From an uncultured Candidatus Entotheonella sp. (GTDB taxonomy: Bacteria; Tectomicrobia; Entotheonellia; Entotheonellales; Entotheonellaceae): 64,000 nt of DNA. The stretch is from positions 2,944,001 to 3,008,000 of the forward strand of contig OZ244252.1 of the NCBI GenBank assembly GCA_965217185.1, given 5' to 3'. Position numbers and translations under genes: made by a program. Positions 1 to 12,671 of the stretch are shown here, in pieces (within the stretch, counting starts at the first letter, position 1; each line of letters begins with the position of its first letter). The notes below the pieces were generated by a model. That model was not told where the DNA came from. It ran no database searches and saw nothing but the letters and a program-made list of their open reading frames with translations.

Positions 1-129
1 GGCGACGAACGCCGCCAGCCCCGCCTCTTTGCCCATGTCGGCCAGCGAGCTTCTGCGGCCTCCGTCCGGCGCCGGCGCTCCGGAAGGCTCCGCCGCGGTG
101 GCGCCGCCGGGCAAAGGGTGCTCTGCCAT
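1..129 (-). CDS. livM: 5' end of branched-chain amino acid ABC permease (LivM-like), truncated by the window edge
   Basis: ATG at 129 lies just after the livH stop and reads MAEHPLPGG...KEAGLAAFVA; the call rests on the usual livH-livM order. Confidence 0.55.
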   Translation of the reverse strand, partial: MAEHPLPGGATAAEPSGAPAPDGGRRSSLADMGKEAGLAAFVA

Positions 130-133
130 CGTC

Positions 134-1048
<915 letters not shown>

Positions 1049-1180
1049 GAGGTATGCAGGGGGTCTGTTGTTTGGATGGAAACATCAATGCCAACGTACG
1101 AGTCTGGCATAGTATCGCAAAACCGGAGGCGGTTCCAATAAGCCGCGAATGGGTCACGGACTTGCAAGAAACCCCTCACC

Positions 1181-2203
1181 CTACGGCTTGTCGGCAAGCA
1201 CCAGCGCCAGATGCGTGGGCAACGGAATTTGCCGGGTGTTGGTGAAGCCCTCGTCGGCCAGCCAGCCCGCCACCTCGTCGCCAAAGCGGTCGCCGGCGCC
1301 GGGATCGAAAGCCACCACCACGTACATGTCCATCATGGTGTCCAGGAAGCTGCGCGCGGCGCTGTGGTCGACGCGCATGAAATCCTGCACGATGACCAGG
1401 CCGCCCGGCTTGAGGGCGCCGAGCGCACGGCGAAACACTTCCCGACACGCCGCTTCGGATTTGATCAGCACCACCCCGGAAATCAGCACCACGTCATAAT
1501 CGCTCGCCAGCTCGATCGTGTTGAAATCGCCCGGCACCAGGGTGATGCGGTCCTGCAGCCTCGCCGCCTCGACCAGCGGCCGGGCGACCGCCAACGGCTC
1601 CACCTGATCGACCACGTCGGCGCGCAATTCCGGGTTGGCGGCACACAAGGCGATGCTGTAACTGGCCGCGCCGCCGCCGAGGTCGAGCATCTTGCGCCGG
1701 GCGTCGAGCGCCACACTCTGCACCAGGTAGTCGCCCTGACCGGCGGTGGCGCGGTTGTGCTGGCCGCGCATGTAGTCGGTCCAGTAGGTCGGCGCGTCCA
1801 CGAAGCCGTTCTCGAACGGCAACTCGGTGCGCCCCTCCTTGATGAGCTGGTCGAGCTTGCCCCAGGTGTGCCAGTAATTGGTGATGTGCAACACCAGATC
1901 GCCCACGTAGGTCGGCTTGTCCGGCACCAGGAACGCCGCCGCCTGCGCCGAGTCGGTATAGCGTTCACCCTGCTTGTCCAGCAGCCCCAGCGCCGCGCAG
2001 GCCTCCAGGAAGGCTTCCATGAAGCGCCGGTTGGCGTCGCACGCCTGCGCCACGTCGTCGCACGACAGGACTTGATGCTGCAGCAGGGAAAAGACGTTCA
2101 GCTTGATACCCGCGCGCAGCACCGCCGAGTTCCAGAAGTTGCGGCTCATCTCGTTGACGCGCTCGGCGGCAAGGTTTTCTACCGGTGGGCGATGCTCGGT
2201 CAT
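1181..2203 (-). CDS. SAM-dependent O-methyltransferase with N-terminal dimerisation domain
   Basis: LRAGIKLNVFSLL dimerisation helix; MLDLGGGAASYS SAM motif; VPGDFN; ALKPGGLVIVQD; start placed at MTEHRPP. Confidence 0.88.
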   Translation of the reverse strand: MTEHRPPVENLAAERVNEMSRNFWNSAVLRAGIKLNVFSLLQHQVLSCDDVAQACDANRRFMEAFLEACAALGLLDKQGERYTDSAQAAAFLVPDKPTYVGDLVLHITNYWHTWGKLDQLIKEGRTELPFENGFVDAPTYWTDYMRGQHNRATAGQGDYLVQSVALDARRKMLDLGGGAASYSIALCAANPELRADVVDQVEPLAVARPLVEAARLQDRITLVPGDFNTIELASDYDVVLISGVVLIKSEAACREVFRRALGALKPGGLVIVQDFMRVDHSAARSFLDTMMDMYVVVAFDPGAGDRFGDEVAGWLADEGFTNTRQIPLPTHLALVLADKP

Positions 2204-2316
2204 GGCGTTCCTTTTCGAGGTCGGAAATGGGAGTGGGTGTTGTGGAATTGGTTCCGGTTGTAGCACGACTCGCCGGGAGGCGTCAAACCGCTACGCCATG
2301 CGGCGCGGGGGGCAAA

Positions 2317-2346
2317 TTGACACCCCGTGCGCCTGCGTGATAGCTT
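2317..2346 (+). promoter_or_regulatory. Putative sigma-70 promoter of the quinone oxidoreductase gene
   Basis: TTGACA-N18-TAGCTT about 90 bp upstream of ATG 2434. Confidence 0.4.
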
Positions 2347-2433
2347 CGTGGCCCACGAGCTTGCCGGTCCCGGCAGACACTTTTGCGACCCCACGAATCC
2401 GACCCCATTTGCCGTCTGGAGACAATCACCATT

Positions 2434-3414
2434 ATGAAAGCCATCACCTTCGCCACCCACGGGGGGCCCGACGTGCTGCGCCTGGAGGACGTCGCCGAGC
2501 CCACCCCCACCGCCGACGAATTGCTGGTGCGCGTGCGGGCCAGCGCCCTGAACCGCGCCGATACCATGCAGCGCCGCGGCCACTACCCGCCGCCGCCCGG
2601 CGAGTCGGACATCCTCGGCCTGGAACTCGCCGGCGAGGTTGAGGCGATCGGCGCCAACGCCTCGGGCTTCAAGCCGGGCGACCGCGTATTCGGCCTGGTC
2701 GGCGGCGGCGGCTACGCCGAGAAGGCGTGCATCGATTACCGGATGGCCATGCCGATTCCGGACGGTTGGGACTTCGTGAAGGCGGCGGCGGTGCCCGAGG
2801 TCTTTTTCACCGCCAACGAGACCCTGTTCACCCTGGGGCGGCTGGACGCGGGGGAGACCGTGCTCATTCACGCCGGCGCCAGCGGGGTGGGAACCGCCGG
2901 CATCCAGATGGCAAGACAGGCGGGGGCTCGGGTGCTGGTCACGGTGGGGTCGGAGGAAAAGGTGGCGCGCACGGAGGCGCTGGGGGCCGAGGCGGGCATC
3001 AACTACAAAACAACCGATTTTGCGGCACGAGTGCTGGAGCTGACCGACGGCGCCGGCGTCGACCTGGTGCAGGATTTCATCGGCGCTGCCTACTGGCAAA
3101 ACAACCTGAAATGCCTGAAAACGGCCGGCCGCCTGGTGCTGGTCGGCCTGATGGGCGGCGCCAAGGTGGAGGTCGACCTCGGCCTCATCATGCGCAAGCG
3201 CTTGCAGGTCATCGGCTCGGTGATGCGCAGCCAGCCGCTGGCGAACAAAATCGCCATCACCGAGCGTTTCCGCAGCCGCTGGCTCCCCGAGCTCGAAAGC
3301 GGCCGCCTTCAGCCCCTCATTGATACCTCGTTCCCGCTCGCCGAGGCCGCCGCGGCGCACCAGTACATGGAAGACAACCGCAACGTCGGCAAGATCATGC
3401 TGGTGATGGATTAG
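2434..3414 (+). CDS. NAD(P)H-quinone oxidoreductase (zeta-crystallin/PIG3 family)
   Basis: MKAITFATHGGPDVL, NRADTMQRRGHYPPPPGESDILGLE, LIHAGASGVG, GKIML. Confidence 0.93.
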   Translation: MKAITFATHGGPDVLRLEDVAEPTPTADELLVRVRASALNRADTMQRRGHYPPPPGESDILGLELAGEVEAIGANASGFKPGDRVFGLVGGGGYAEKACIDYRMAMPIPDGWDFVKAAAVPEVFFTANETLFTLGRLDAGETVLIHAGASGVGTAGIQMARQAGARVLVTVGSEEKVARTEALGAEAGINYKTTDFAARVLELTDGAGVDLVQDFIGAAYWQNNLKCLKTAGRLVLVGLMGGAKVEVDLGLIMRKRLQVIGSVMRSQPLANKIAITERFRSRWLPELESGRLQPLIDTSFPLAEAAAAHQYMEDNRNVGKIMLVMD

Positions 3415-4131
3415 AGCACTTTCGGATCAGGACGAATTGCAACCCGGGCAATTCCCCCTCACTACTCCAACGCTCTCCATTCAAGAGAGGGAGTAAACCC
3501 CCTCGACGTCGCCCGGGCAGTTGATCGAGGTCAGCTGCGGTGGTCCGGGTCCGATGGCGGGTCGGCTCGCTGCCTGCCATGCGGATTTTGGAGAGGTTGT
3601 CAGGGCATGGAGGAGGGCTGGATTTGAAGCGATCGCGTGTTGAAATTCCTCGATGCGGCGATATGACGCCAGACACAAAAGAGCCGCACGTGGCTTCTAC
3701 CACCCCGCACGGCTCTCGGTGCTGCGACTTACCATCGCTGCGCAACCACGCAGCAAGGGACAGTATACATTATGGGAAGTTTCCCCCTCACCCCCTAAAC
3801 TGGGTGCCTCGGAGGGATTTTTTAATACCCGAAGGCAGCACAAAGGTTCTTATCGGAAGTTGACGAAAACGGGGGAAGAAAAGCGATGGTACGTGACGAC
3901 GACAGGCTGAATTGCCCGCTACCGACGTTCTGGAACGCTGCTTTGCAGGGCCGGGGTGGAAGCGTATGAACGCGGGGTGATCACGCCGCTGCCAGGCGTG
4001 AATGGCGCCCGCTGGCCGAGCTGGGCGTTGCCGATGTCAACTGTGGACTTTTACTACTTCCGTTGACATGATTGCGCAGTACTTTTTCAGAGGGTAACGA
4101 CTCGTGCCTTTAAGGCGTCAGGAGGATCATC

Positions 4132-4596
4132 ATAATACAGGCCCGCAAACTCGGTCACGTGGTGCTGAAAGTACGTGATGTACAAGCGTCCAAAACATTT
4201 TATACCCGCGTGCTTGGGTTACAGGTGGCCCATGAAGATCGCCAACGGGGCGCGGTGTTCCTGAGCTTTGGCACGGAGCACCACGATCTTGCCTTGTTCC
4301 AACTGGCCACGGGAGATACGCCCACGGCCACGCAGCTCGGCCTGCATCATACGGCCTGGCAGCTCGAGAGCTTCGAGGCGCTGCAGGATGCCTATCGGGA
4401 ACTGGGCCAGCTTGGCATTGCGGTTGAGTCCACCGTCGAACACAACGTGACCCGCAGTGTCTACTTCCATGATCCGGATGGCAACCGGGTGGAACTCTAC
4501 TGCGATATGGTGCCGAATGGCTTTGAAGCCATGCAGACGCTCGGCCCCGTTCGTATACCCTTGAACATGGAGACGGGCGAGACCGTCAGCCAGTAA
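4132..4596 (+). CDS. VOC/glyoxalase family protein (apparent non-ATG start)
   Basis: KLGHVVLKVRD, FYTRVLGL, HHDLALF, GLHHTAW, SVYFHDPDGNRVELY; GGAGG RBS at 4121 precedes an in-frame ATA at 4132. Confidence 0.85.
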   Translation: MIQARKLGHVVLKVRDVQASKTFYTRVLGLQVAHEDRQRGAVFLSFGTEHHDLALFQLATGDTPTATQLGLHHTAWQLESFEALQDAYRELGQLGIAVESTVEHNVTRSVYFHDPDGNRVELYCDMVPNGFEAMQTLGPVRIPLNMETGETVSQ

Positions 4597-4671
4597 TCGC
4601 ATCATTGTCTGAACCCCTCCGGGACACGCCTCGGAGAAATTTTTGCACCTGAAGACGACATAAGACACATT

Positions 4672-4720
4672 ACAAGAAACTGAGGCCGTCCCGGATCCTG
4701 GGATGGCCTCAGTTTCTTGT
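4672..4720. terminator. Long hairpin between convergent genes, probable bidirectional terminator
   Basis: ACAAGAAACTGAGGCCGTCCC-N7-GGGATGGCCTCAGTTTCTTGT, 21-bp stem with one G-U pair. Confidence 0.7.
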
Positions 4721-4870
4721 GGGCACAGGAAAGGCCATAGGTCCGATCGGCCTCGGGTCGATATTGGCACAGTGCGCGGGGATGCACGTCTTGCCGCTGA
4801 AGCTTCGACTTGTCGGCGGGGTGGCTGATGTTTTACCGGCGCATTCAGATACGGAAATGCTCCAGGCGGG

Positions 4871-5758
4871 TTACGACGCAGCTACGCCAGCAGGCTCGCG
4901 CAGACCGGCGAACAGGTCCCATTCGGGGCTGCTGTGCGGCACGTGCGACGCCACGCAGACGAAGCACTCGTGGGCGAATTTCTCGCGCTGCACCTCGGGC
5001 GGAATGCGCCTGAACCACCAATTCGGCGCGATCTGGCTGCGGTGGCAGCGCAACGCCTCCGTCTTGAGCGCGAGATAGTCGCGCACCTCGATACGCGTCG
5101 TGATTTCTTCGTCCGCTGTGCCGCCCACCTTGTTCGGATCGAAATCCGGCCGGTCCATCGGCGACTCGACACCCATCGAGCGCATGACCTCGTAGCGCAT
5201 CAGGATGTAGGAACGCGGGTAGGACGTGTAATAAAGCTTCTGCGGCTGCCACGGCGCCAGCCCGTCCTCGGGGTATTGCGCGGGGTCCCCGGCAGCATGA
5301 AAGGCCGCGACGGTCGTGCGGTTGACTTGAATGTGATCCGGATGCCCGTAGCCGCCGTTCTCGTTGTAGCAGGTCACCACGTGCGGGCGGCACTGCCGCA
5401 TCAGGCGCACCAGCCGTCCGGTTGCCTCGTGCAGGTCGGCCTGGTGGAAACAGTCGGGGTGGTCGTTGGCCGGCGTTCCGGCCATGCCGGAATCGCGGTA
5501 GTTGAGCAGGTGCAACTCCCCGATCTGCAGGTGCTGGCACGCCTTTTCGAGTTCCGCCACGCGCACGTCGGCGAGTTTCGGCCGCACCTCGTCGGGGTCC
5601 ATTTCCGGGTCCACGATCTCGCCCTCCTCGCCCCGCGTCGCGGTGACCAGGATGGTGTGTACGCCCTCCTCGCGGTAGCGAGCCAAGCTGCCGCCGGTAC
5701 TCATGCATTCGTCGTCCGGATGGGCATGCACCGCCATCAGGGTCAGTCGTTCGGTCAT
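4871..5758 (-). CDS. PIG-L family deacetylase/amidase (Mca/MshB-like)
   Basis: AVHAHPDDE, TRGEEGE, YRDSGMAG, GGYGHPDHI, ALRCHRSQI. Confidence 0.92.
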   Translation of the reverse strand: MTERLTLMAVHAHPDDECMSTGGSLARYREEGVHTILVTATRGEEGEIVDPEMDPDEVRPKLADVRVAELEKACQHLQIGELHLLNYRDSGMAGTPANDHPDCFHQADLHEATGRLVRLMRQCRPHVVTCYNENGGYGHPDHIQVNRTTVAAFHAAGDPAQYPEDGLAPWQPQKLYYTSYPRSYILMRYEVMRSMGVESPMDRPDFDPNKVGGTADEEITTRIEVRDYLALKTEALRCHRSQIAPNWWFRRIPPEVQREKFAHECFVCVASHVPHSSPEWDLFAGLREPAGVAAS

Positions 5759-5931
5759 TCATTCTCTCCTTGAACTAGGTCGTTTCCAAGCCGGGGATTA
5801 GGGCTGGAAGTGTAACAGGTCCGTCGAAAAAATGCGCCCGGCGTTCCCTTTCACAGGCGGGTTGAGTACAATAGCCGCGGCCAAAAAAAGGCCACCGGCG
5901 CAATCATCGACAGGACGGAACCCTGCACGCC

Positions 5932-6495
5932 ATGGAACACGTTCTCCTGCTCAATGCCTCCTTCGAACCCCTGCGCATCCTGAACTGGAAACGCGCTTTG
6001 ACGCTCTATTTCGCCGGCAAGGCGGAGATCGTCGAGGAGTACGCCCGCGAGATTCACAGTGTCAGCCTCACCCTGCGCTTGCCAGCGGTTATCCGGCTGC
6101 ACAAGCTGGTGCGCGCCCAGCCGCGCGGCGTCAAGTTTTCCCGCCAGAACATCTACGCCCGTGACCACTACGCCTGCCAGTACTGCGGCGCCATGCCGCC
6201 GCCGAGCGAGTTGACCTACGACCACGTGCTGCCGCGCGTGCTCGGCGGCCTCACCGAGTGGACGAACATCGTGACCTGCTGTCTGGCCTGCAACCGCCGC
6301 AAGGGCGGCAAGACCCTGGAGAACTGTGGCCTGCGCCTGAAGCGGCTGCCCCGCAAGCCCGCCTGGCAGTCCCACGCCATCATGGCGGCGAGCTTGCGCA
6401 ATCCGCCTGAGAGCTGGCATGACTACTTGAAGTGGTACGCCGCCTCCGAAAGAGACGCGCCGGCGGCCTCTGAAGCAGTTCTCGGGGCATCCTGA
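5932..6495 (+). CDS. HNH endonuclease (McrA-like, stand-alone type)
   Basis: VLLLNASFEPL N-terminus; RDHYACQYCG...LTYDHVLPR...WTNIVTCCLACNRRKG. Confidence 0.92.
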   Translation: MEHVLLLNASFEPLRILNWKRALTLYFAGKAEIVEEYAREIHSVSLTLRLPAVIRLHKLVRAQPRGVKFSRQNIYARDHYACQYCGAMPPPSELTYDHVLPRVLGGLTEWTNIVTCCLACNRRKGGKTLENCGLRLKRLPRKPAWQSHAIMAASLRNPPESWHDYLKWYAASERDAPAASEAVLGAS

Positions 6496-6519
6496 CGACA
6501 ACTGATTTTGTCGCTGTCC

Positions 6520-6549
6520 TTGACAAAAAAGGCCGCACCCGTTTATCGT
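6520..6549 (+). promoter_or_regulatory. Sigma-70 promoter of groESL
   Basis: TTGACA (6520)-N18-TATCGT (6544), directly upstream of CIRCE. Confidence 0.65.
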
Positions 6550-6576
6550 CTAGCACTCAACTTCCTAGAGTGCTAA
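6550..6576 (+). promoter_or_regulatory. CIRCE element (HrcA operator)
   Basis: cTAGCACTC-aacttccta-GAGTGCTAA matches TTAGCACTC-N9-GAGTGCTAA at 17/18 positions, upstream of groES. Confidence 0.95.
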
Positions 6577-6696
6577 TAATTGCAAACGCAATGCACGGAG
6601 TCGCGGCCGCCTCGCTTCCGCAGGGCGTCAGTTCTTTGCCGCAAGCGATGCACGCCGCTTACCCATCTCCCAAACATGATGAGGAGAACTTGAGTT

Positions 6697-8651
<1,955 letters not shown>

Positions 8652-8745
8652 CCCTAAGCCATCGTGCCAGGAGAAGGGAGGGGCGGTTCAGCCGTTCCTC
8701 CCTTCTCGCCCTCCGCAAGGCTGTCCACCCAAAGGAGAGCGTCCC

Positions 8746-10224
8746 ATGCTAAACACGACCCCGTTGCCCCGCCGGGCCAGCACCCTTGCCGCCGGGGTAT
8801 TTGCTGCGCTGTTGCTCGCCTGCACCGTGTGTCTGGAACCGCTGGCGGCAGCACAACTTTGGAAGGAGGGCAGCAGCGTTGAGTTTGAGCAGCCGCAGGT
8901 GCCGTCCTTCACCGAAGCGGCCAAAACCTTAAAACCCGCCGTCGTCAACATCAGCAGCCGCAGAACCGCCCCCACCGAACAACACTCACGACGCCGGCGG
9001 CCGTTTCCCTTCGGCGGCGAGGACCCCTTCCAGGAATTTTTCGACCGCTTCTTCGGTGAACAGCGCCGTCCGCGCCATCGCCCCAGCTTGGGCACCGGAT
9101 TCATCATCAACACCAACGGCTACATCGTGACCAACAACCACGTGGTGGAAGAAGCAGACGAAATCACCGTGACGCTGGCGTCGAAGGAGGAGTTCGAGGC
9201 GACCCTGATCGGGCGCGACCCCAAGACGGACTTGGCGCTCCTGCGCGTCGACACTCCGCTGCCCCTGCCTACTGTGCCGTTCGGCGACTCCGAAAACCTG
9301 GAGGTCGGCGAATGGGTGCTGGCTATCGGCAACCCCTTCGGCCTAGGCCACACTGTTACCGCGGGCATCGTCAGCGCCAAAGGCCGCACCATCGGCGCCG
9401 GGCCGTACGACGACTTCATCCAGACCGACGCCTCGATCAATCCGGGCAATAGCGGCGGCCCGCTTTTCAACATGCGCGGCGAGGTCATCGGCATCAACAC
9501 GGCCATCATGCGCAGCGGCCAGGGCATCGGTTTTGCCATCCCGATCAACATGGCCAAGAACGTCCTCAGTCAGTTGTACGACAAGGGCAACGTGACGCGC
9601 GGCTGGCTGGGCGTGGCCATTCAGAGCATCGCGCCTGAAATGCTTGATGCTTTCAAGCTCGATGACGCCAACGGCGCTCTGGTATCCGGCATCGTCACCG
9701 ACGCACCGGCAGACAAGGCTGGCCTGCAGCAGGGCGACGTGATCGTCGGCTTTCACGGCAGCGAGGTGGAGGATTCCAGCACCCTGCCGGGTCTGGTGGC
9801 CGTTGTGGCGCCGGGAACCACCGTAGACGTGGAAATCATCCGCGACGGCCAGCGCATGACCATCCCGGTCACGCTCGGTGAACTCGAGGAAGACGAGGCC
9901 GCGCGGATCGCCAGCCTGGAGCCGTCGGGCGTGGTAGAACTTCTGGGCATACAGGTCGAGGCGATTACCGAGGACATGGCCCGCGAACTGCGGATTGATG
10001 ACGACCGCGGCGTTGTGGTGACGGACGTTGCGGACGAAAGCCCCGCCGCCAACGCCGGCATCCAGCCGGGCGACATCGTCCGCGAAGTGAACCGCCAAAC
10101 GGTCGAGGACCTGGATGCCTATGAGGCGGCCACCGCCCAGATCGAGGACGGCGAACCCGTGCTGCTGCTGCTCGAACGCCGCGGCAATCATCTCTACGTG
10201 GCACTCAGACCCGAAAGGAATTAA
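8746..10224 (+). CDS. degP: Periplasmic DegP/DegQ (HtrA) serine protease with two PDZ domains
   Basis: Signal peptide; VTNNHVV, DLALL, IQTDASINPGNSGGPL catalytic triad motifs; two PDZ repeats. Confidence 0.93.
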   Translation: MLNTTPLPRRASTLAAGVFAALLLACTVCLEPLAAAQLWKEGSSVEFEQPQVPSFTEAAKTLKPAVVNISSRRTAPTEQHSRRRRPFPFGGEDPFQEFFDRFFGEQRRPRHRPSLGTGFIINTNGYIVTNNHVVEEADEITVTLASKEEFEATLIGRDPKTDLALLRVDTPLPLPTVPFGDSENLEVGEWVLAIGNPFGLGHTVTAGIVSAKGRTIGAGPYDDFIQTDASINPGNSGGPLFNMRGEVIGINTAIMRSGQGIGFAIPINMAKNVLSQLYDKGNVTRGWLGVAIQSIAPEMLDAFKLDDANGALVSGIVTDAPADKAGLQQGDVIVGFHGSEVEDSSTLPGLVAVVAPGTTVDVEIIRDGQRMTIPVTLGELEEDEAARIASLEPSGVVELLGIQVEAITEDMARELRIDDDRGVVVTDVADESPAANAGIQPGDIVREVNRQTVEDLDAYEAATAQIEDGEPVLLLLERRGNHLYVALRPERN

Positions 10225-10278
10225 GGTGGGGGCAACACGCTGCATTGCAATACCGGTTGGTAAGGAGGACATCCATTG

Positions 10279-10827
10279 ATGACAAGGTCCATGCAAGTCG
10301 TGTTCGCCGTCACCCTCGGGCTGTTGGTGGCACCGGCGCTACTGTGGGCGGCGGACGCCAGCCCATCGATGTTGGCGAACGCCTGCGCGCCCTGCCACGG
10401 CACGGACGGCAAGAGCCCCGACGCCATCCCGGCACTGTCCGGCAAATCCGCCGACTACATCGTCCAGCGCATGCTCGAATTCAAAGCCGGCGCCCGTGAA
10501 GGCACGGTGATGAACCGTATCGCCAAGGGCTACAGCGATACCGAAATCGCCGCCGTGGCGCAGCACTTTGCCGCTCTGGGGCAGACTGCCGCGGCCGGCA
10601 GGGTGACGCCGTCGGCGCTGGCCGACGCCTGCGCTGCCTGCCACGGCACGGACGGCATGAGTCCCGGCGCCATTCCGGCACTGTCCGGCAAGTCCGCCGG
10701 CTACATCGCCCGGCGCATGCACGAATTCAGGGCCGACGTCCGCGAGGGCACGGTGATGAACCGCATCGCCAAAGGCTATGACAACGACGAAATCGCCGCC
10801 ATCGCGCAACACTTGGGGAATCAATAA
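10279..10827 (+). CDS. fccA: Flavocytochrome c sulfide dehydrogenase, diheme cytochrome subunit
   Basis: Signal peptide; two CxxCH motifs (CAPCH, CAACH), each with GTVMNRIAKGY Met-ligand motif; adjacent to fccB; AAGGAGG RBS. Confidence 0.88.
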   Translation: MTRSMQVVFAVTLGLLVAPALLWAADASPSMLANACAPCHGTDGKSPDAIPALSGKSADYIVQRMLEFKAGAREGTVMNRIAKGYSDTEIAAVAQHFAALGQTAAAGRVTPSALADACAACHGTDGMSPGAIPALSGKSAGYIARRMHEFRADVREGTVMNRIAKGYDNDEIAAIAQHLGNQ

Positions 10828-10839
10828 GAGAGGGGACCG

Positions 10840-12129
10840 ATGACGCCCATTGCACGTAGACATTTCATCCAGTTGATCGGAAGTGCCGGCGCCTTCTCGG
10901 CGGCAGGCGTTGCGGGGTTTCCGGCCCTCAGCCGGGCGGCCACCGGCCGGGTGGTGGTGATCGGCGGCGGTTTCGGCGGCGCCACCTGCGCGAAATACCT
11001 GCGGCGCGCCGACCCGGGCATCGAGGTGACCCTCGTCGAGCGCAGTTCCCATTTCATGACCTGTCCGTTCAGCAATACGGTTCTGGGCGGCTTGACCGGC
11101 ATGGACTTCATCACCCACGGCTACGACCGGTTGAGCAGCCGTCACGGGGTGACCGTCATCCACGATACCGCGAGCGGCATCGACCCGGCACAACGCAAGG
11201 TGTCGCTGCAGAACGGTAGCGACCTGTCTTACGACCGTCTGGTGGTGTCGCCGGGCATCCAGTTGTTGTGGGGCGCCCTGGAAGGGTACGACGAGCAGGC
11301 GTCGCAAGCCATGCCGCACGCCTGGCAGGCGGGACCGCAGACCACCCTGCTGCGCCAGCAGCTCGAAGCCATGCCCGACGGCGGCACGGTGGTCATTGCG
11401 CCGCCGGCCAATCCGTTCCGCTGCCCGCCCGGCCCCTATGAGCGCGCCAGCCTGATCGCCTACTACCTCAAAACGCACAAGCCAAAGTCGAAAATCATCA
11501 TCCTCGACGCCAAGGAAAAGTTCTCCAAACAGCCACTGTTCATGGAAGGCTGGGAACAACGCTATCCCGGCATGATCGAGTGGCGCGCCGGGTCGGCCGG
11601 CGGCAGCGTCGTCAAGGTAGACGCCGCCACGAAGACCCTGGAGACGGATTTCGGCCAAGTGCGCGGCGACGTGGTCAACGTCATTCCGCCACAATCGGCG
11701 GGCCGCATTGCGGTGCAGGCCGGCCTGACCAACGATGCTGGTTGGTGTCCGGTGGACCAAGGTACCTTCGAGTCCGCCATTCATCCGGGCATCCACGTCA
11801 TCGGCGACGCCTGCATTGCCGGCAAGATGCCGAAATCCGGCTACAGCGCCAACAGCCAGGCCAAGGCATGCGCCGCCGCGGTGGCCGCCATGCTGCGCGG
11901 CGAGTCGCCCGGCACCGTGTCGTTCATCAACACCTGCTACAGCCTGGTGGCACCCGATTACGGCATCTCGGTGGCAGCCGTCTACCGCCTCGCCGACGAC
12001 GGCACCATCAAGGGCGTTGAAGGCGCCGGCGGCGTCAGCCCCAAGGGCGCCTCGGCCGACTTCCGCAAGCGCGAGGCCGAATACACCGTCGGCTGGTACA
12101 GGAGCATCACCGCCGACATTTTCGGATAG
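10840..12129 (+). CDS. fccB: Flavocytochrome c sulfide dehydrogenase flavoprotein subunit (FccB/SoxF)
   Basis: Tat signal [18 protein letters not shown]-attachment [38 protein letters not shown]. Confidence 0.94.
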   Translation: MTPIARRHFIQLIGSAGAFSAAGVAGFPALSRAATGRVVVIGGGFGGATCAKYLRRADPGIEVTLVERSSHFMTCPFSNTVLGGLTGMDFITHGYDRLSSRHGVTVIHDTASGIDPAQRKVSLQNGSDLSYDRLVVSPGIQLLWGALEGYDEQASQAMPHAWQAGPQTTLLRQQLEAMPDGGTVVIAPPANPFRCPPGPYERASLIAYYLKTHKPKSKIIILDAKEKFSKQPLFMEGWEQRYPGMIEWRAGSAGGSVVKVDAATKTLETDFGQVRGDVVNVIPPQSAGRIAVQAGLTNDAGWCPVDQGTFESAIHPGIHVIGDACIAGKMPKSGYSANSQAKACAAAVAAMLRGESPGTVSFINTCYSLVAPDYGISVAAVYRLADDGTIKGVEGAGGVSPKGASADFRKREAEYTVGWYRSITADIFG

Positions 12130-12209
12130 ATAACTTCTACTCGCGGCGGACCCCACGGACCTCAGCCGGAGCATTTGGGCTGACGCAGACTGCTCGGCAG
12201 GTTTACGGA

Positions 12210-12251
12210 CAAAAGACCCTCAGCCTTTCGTTCAAGGCTGAGGGTCTTTTG
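12210..12251. terminator. Rho-independent (bidirectional-type) terminator after fccB
   Basis: CAAAAGACCCTCAGCCTT-N6-AAGGCTGAGGGTCTTTTG perfect 18-bp inverted repeat with A and T tails. Confidence 0.88.
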
Positions 12252-12347
12252 GTGGTGCTTCCGTTCCGATAAGCCGCGATTTACCCGGGGTCAAGTGTGA
12301 AACGATCGTATGTAGCCAAAACGTAACTATCCAAGAGGTGTGATGAA

Positions 12348-12614
12348 ATGAACGAAATGGAATTCCGCCAGCGGGCTGCCGAGCTCGGTTATGGAGAACC
12401 ACAGGTCAAGGACTATCCCCCGAACGCCACCAGCGATTTGCACGCGCACGACTTCTCCGCCTTCGCGATGGTTGCTGATGGCGAATTCACCCTGGGGTTT
12501 GAGGACGGCGACACCACCTATCGTCCAGGGGACTCCTGCGAGGTTGCGGCCGGTACGCGCCACGCCGAAAAATCGGGTCCAGCCGGCGCGACGGTGTGGT
12601 TCGCAACCAGATGA
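12348..12614 (+). CDS. Small cupin-domain protein
   Basis: LHAHDFSAFAMVADGEFTL...YRPGDSCEVAAGTRHAE cupin motifs. Confidence 0.8.
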   Translation: MNEMEFRQRAAELGYGEPQVKDYPPNATSDLHAHDFSAFAMVADGEFTLGFEDGDTTYRPGDSCEVAAGTRHAEKSGPAGATVWFATR

Positions 12615-12671
12615 CAAGGGACTAAATCCTGTCTGAAGGAGCAGTTGCAGGCCCTTCTCGCGAGAAAGCAC

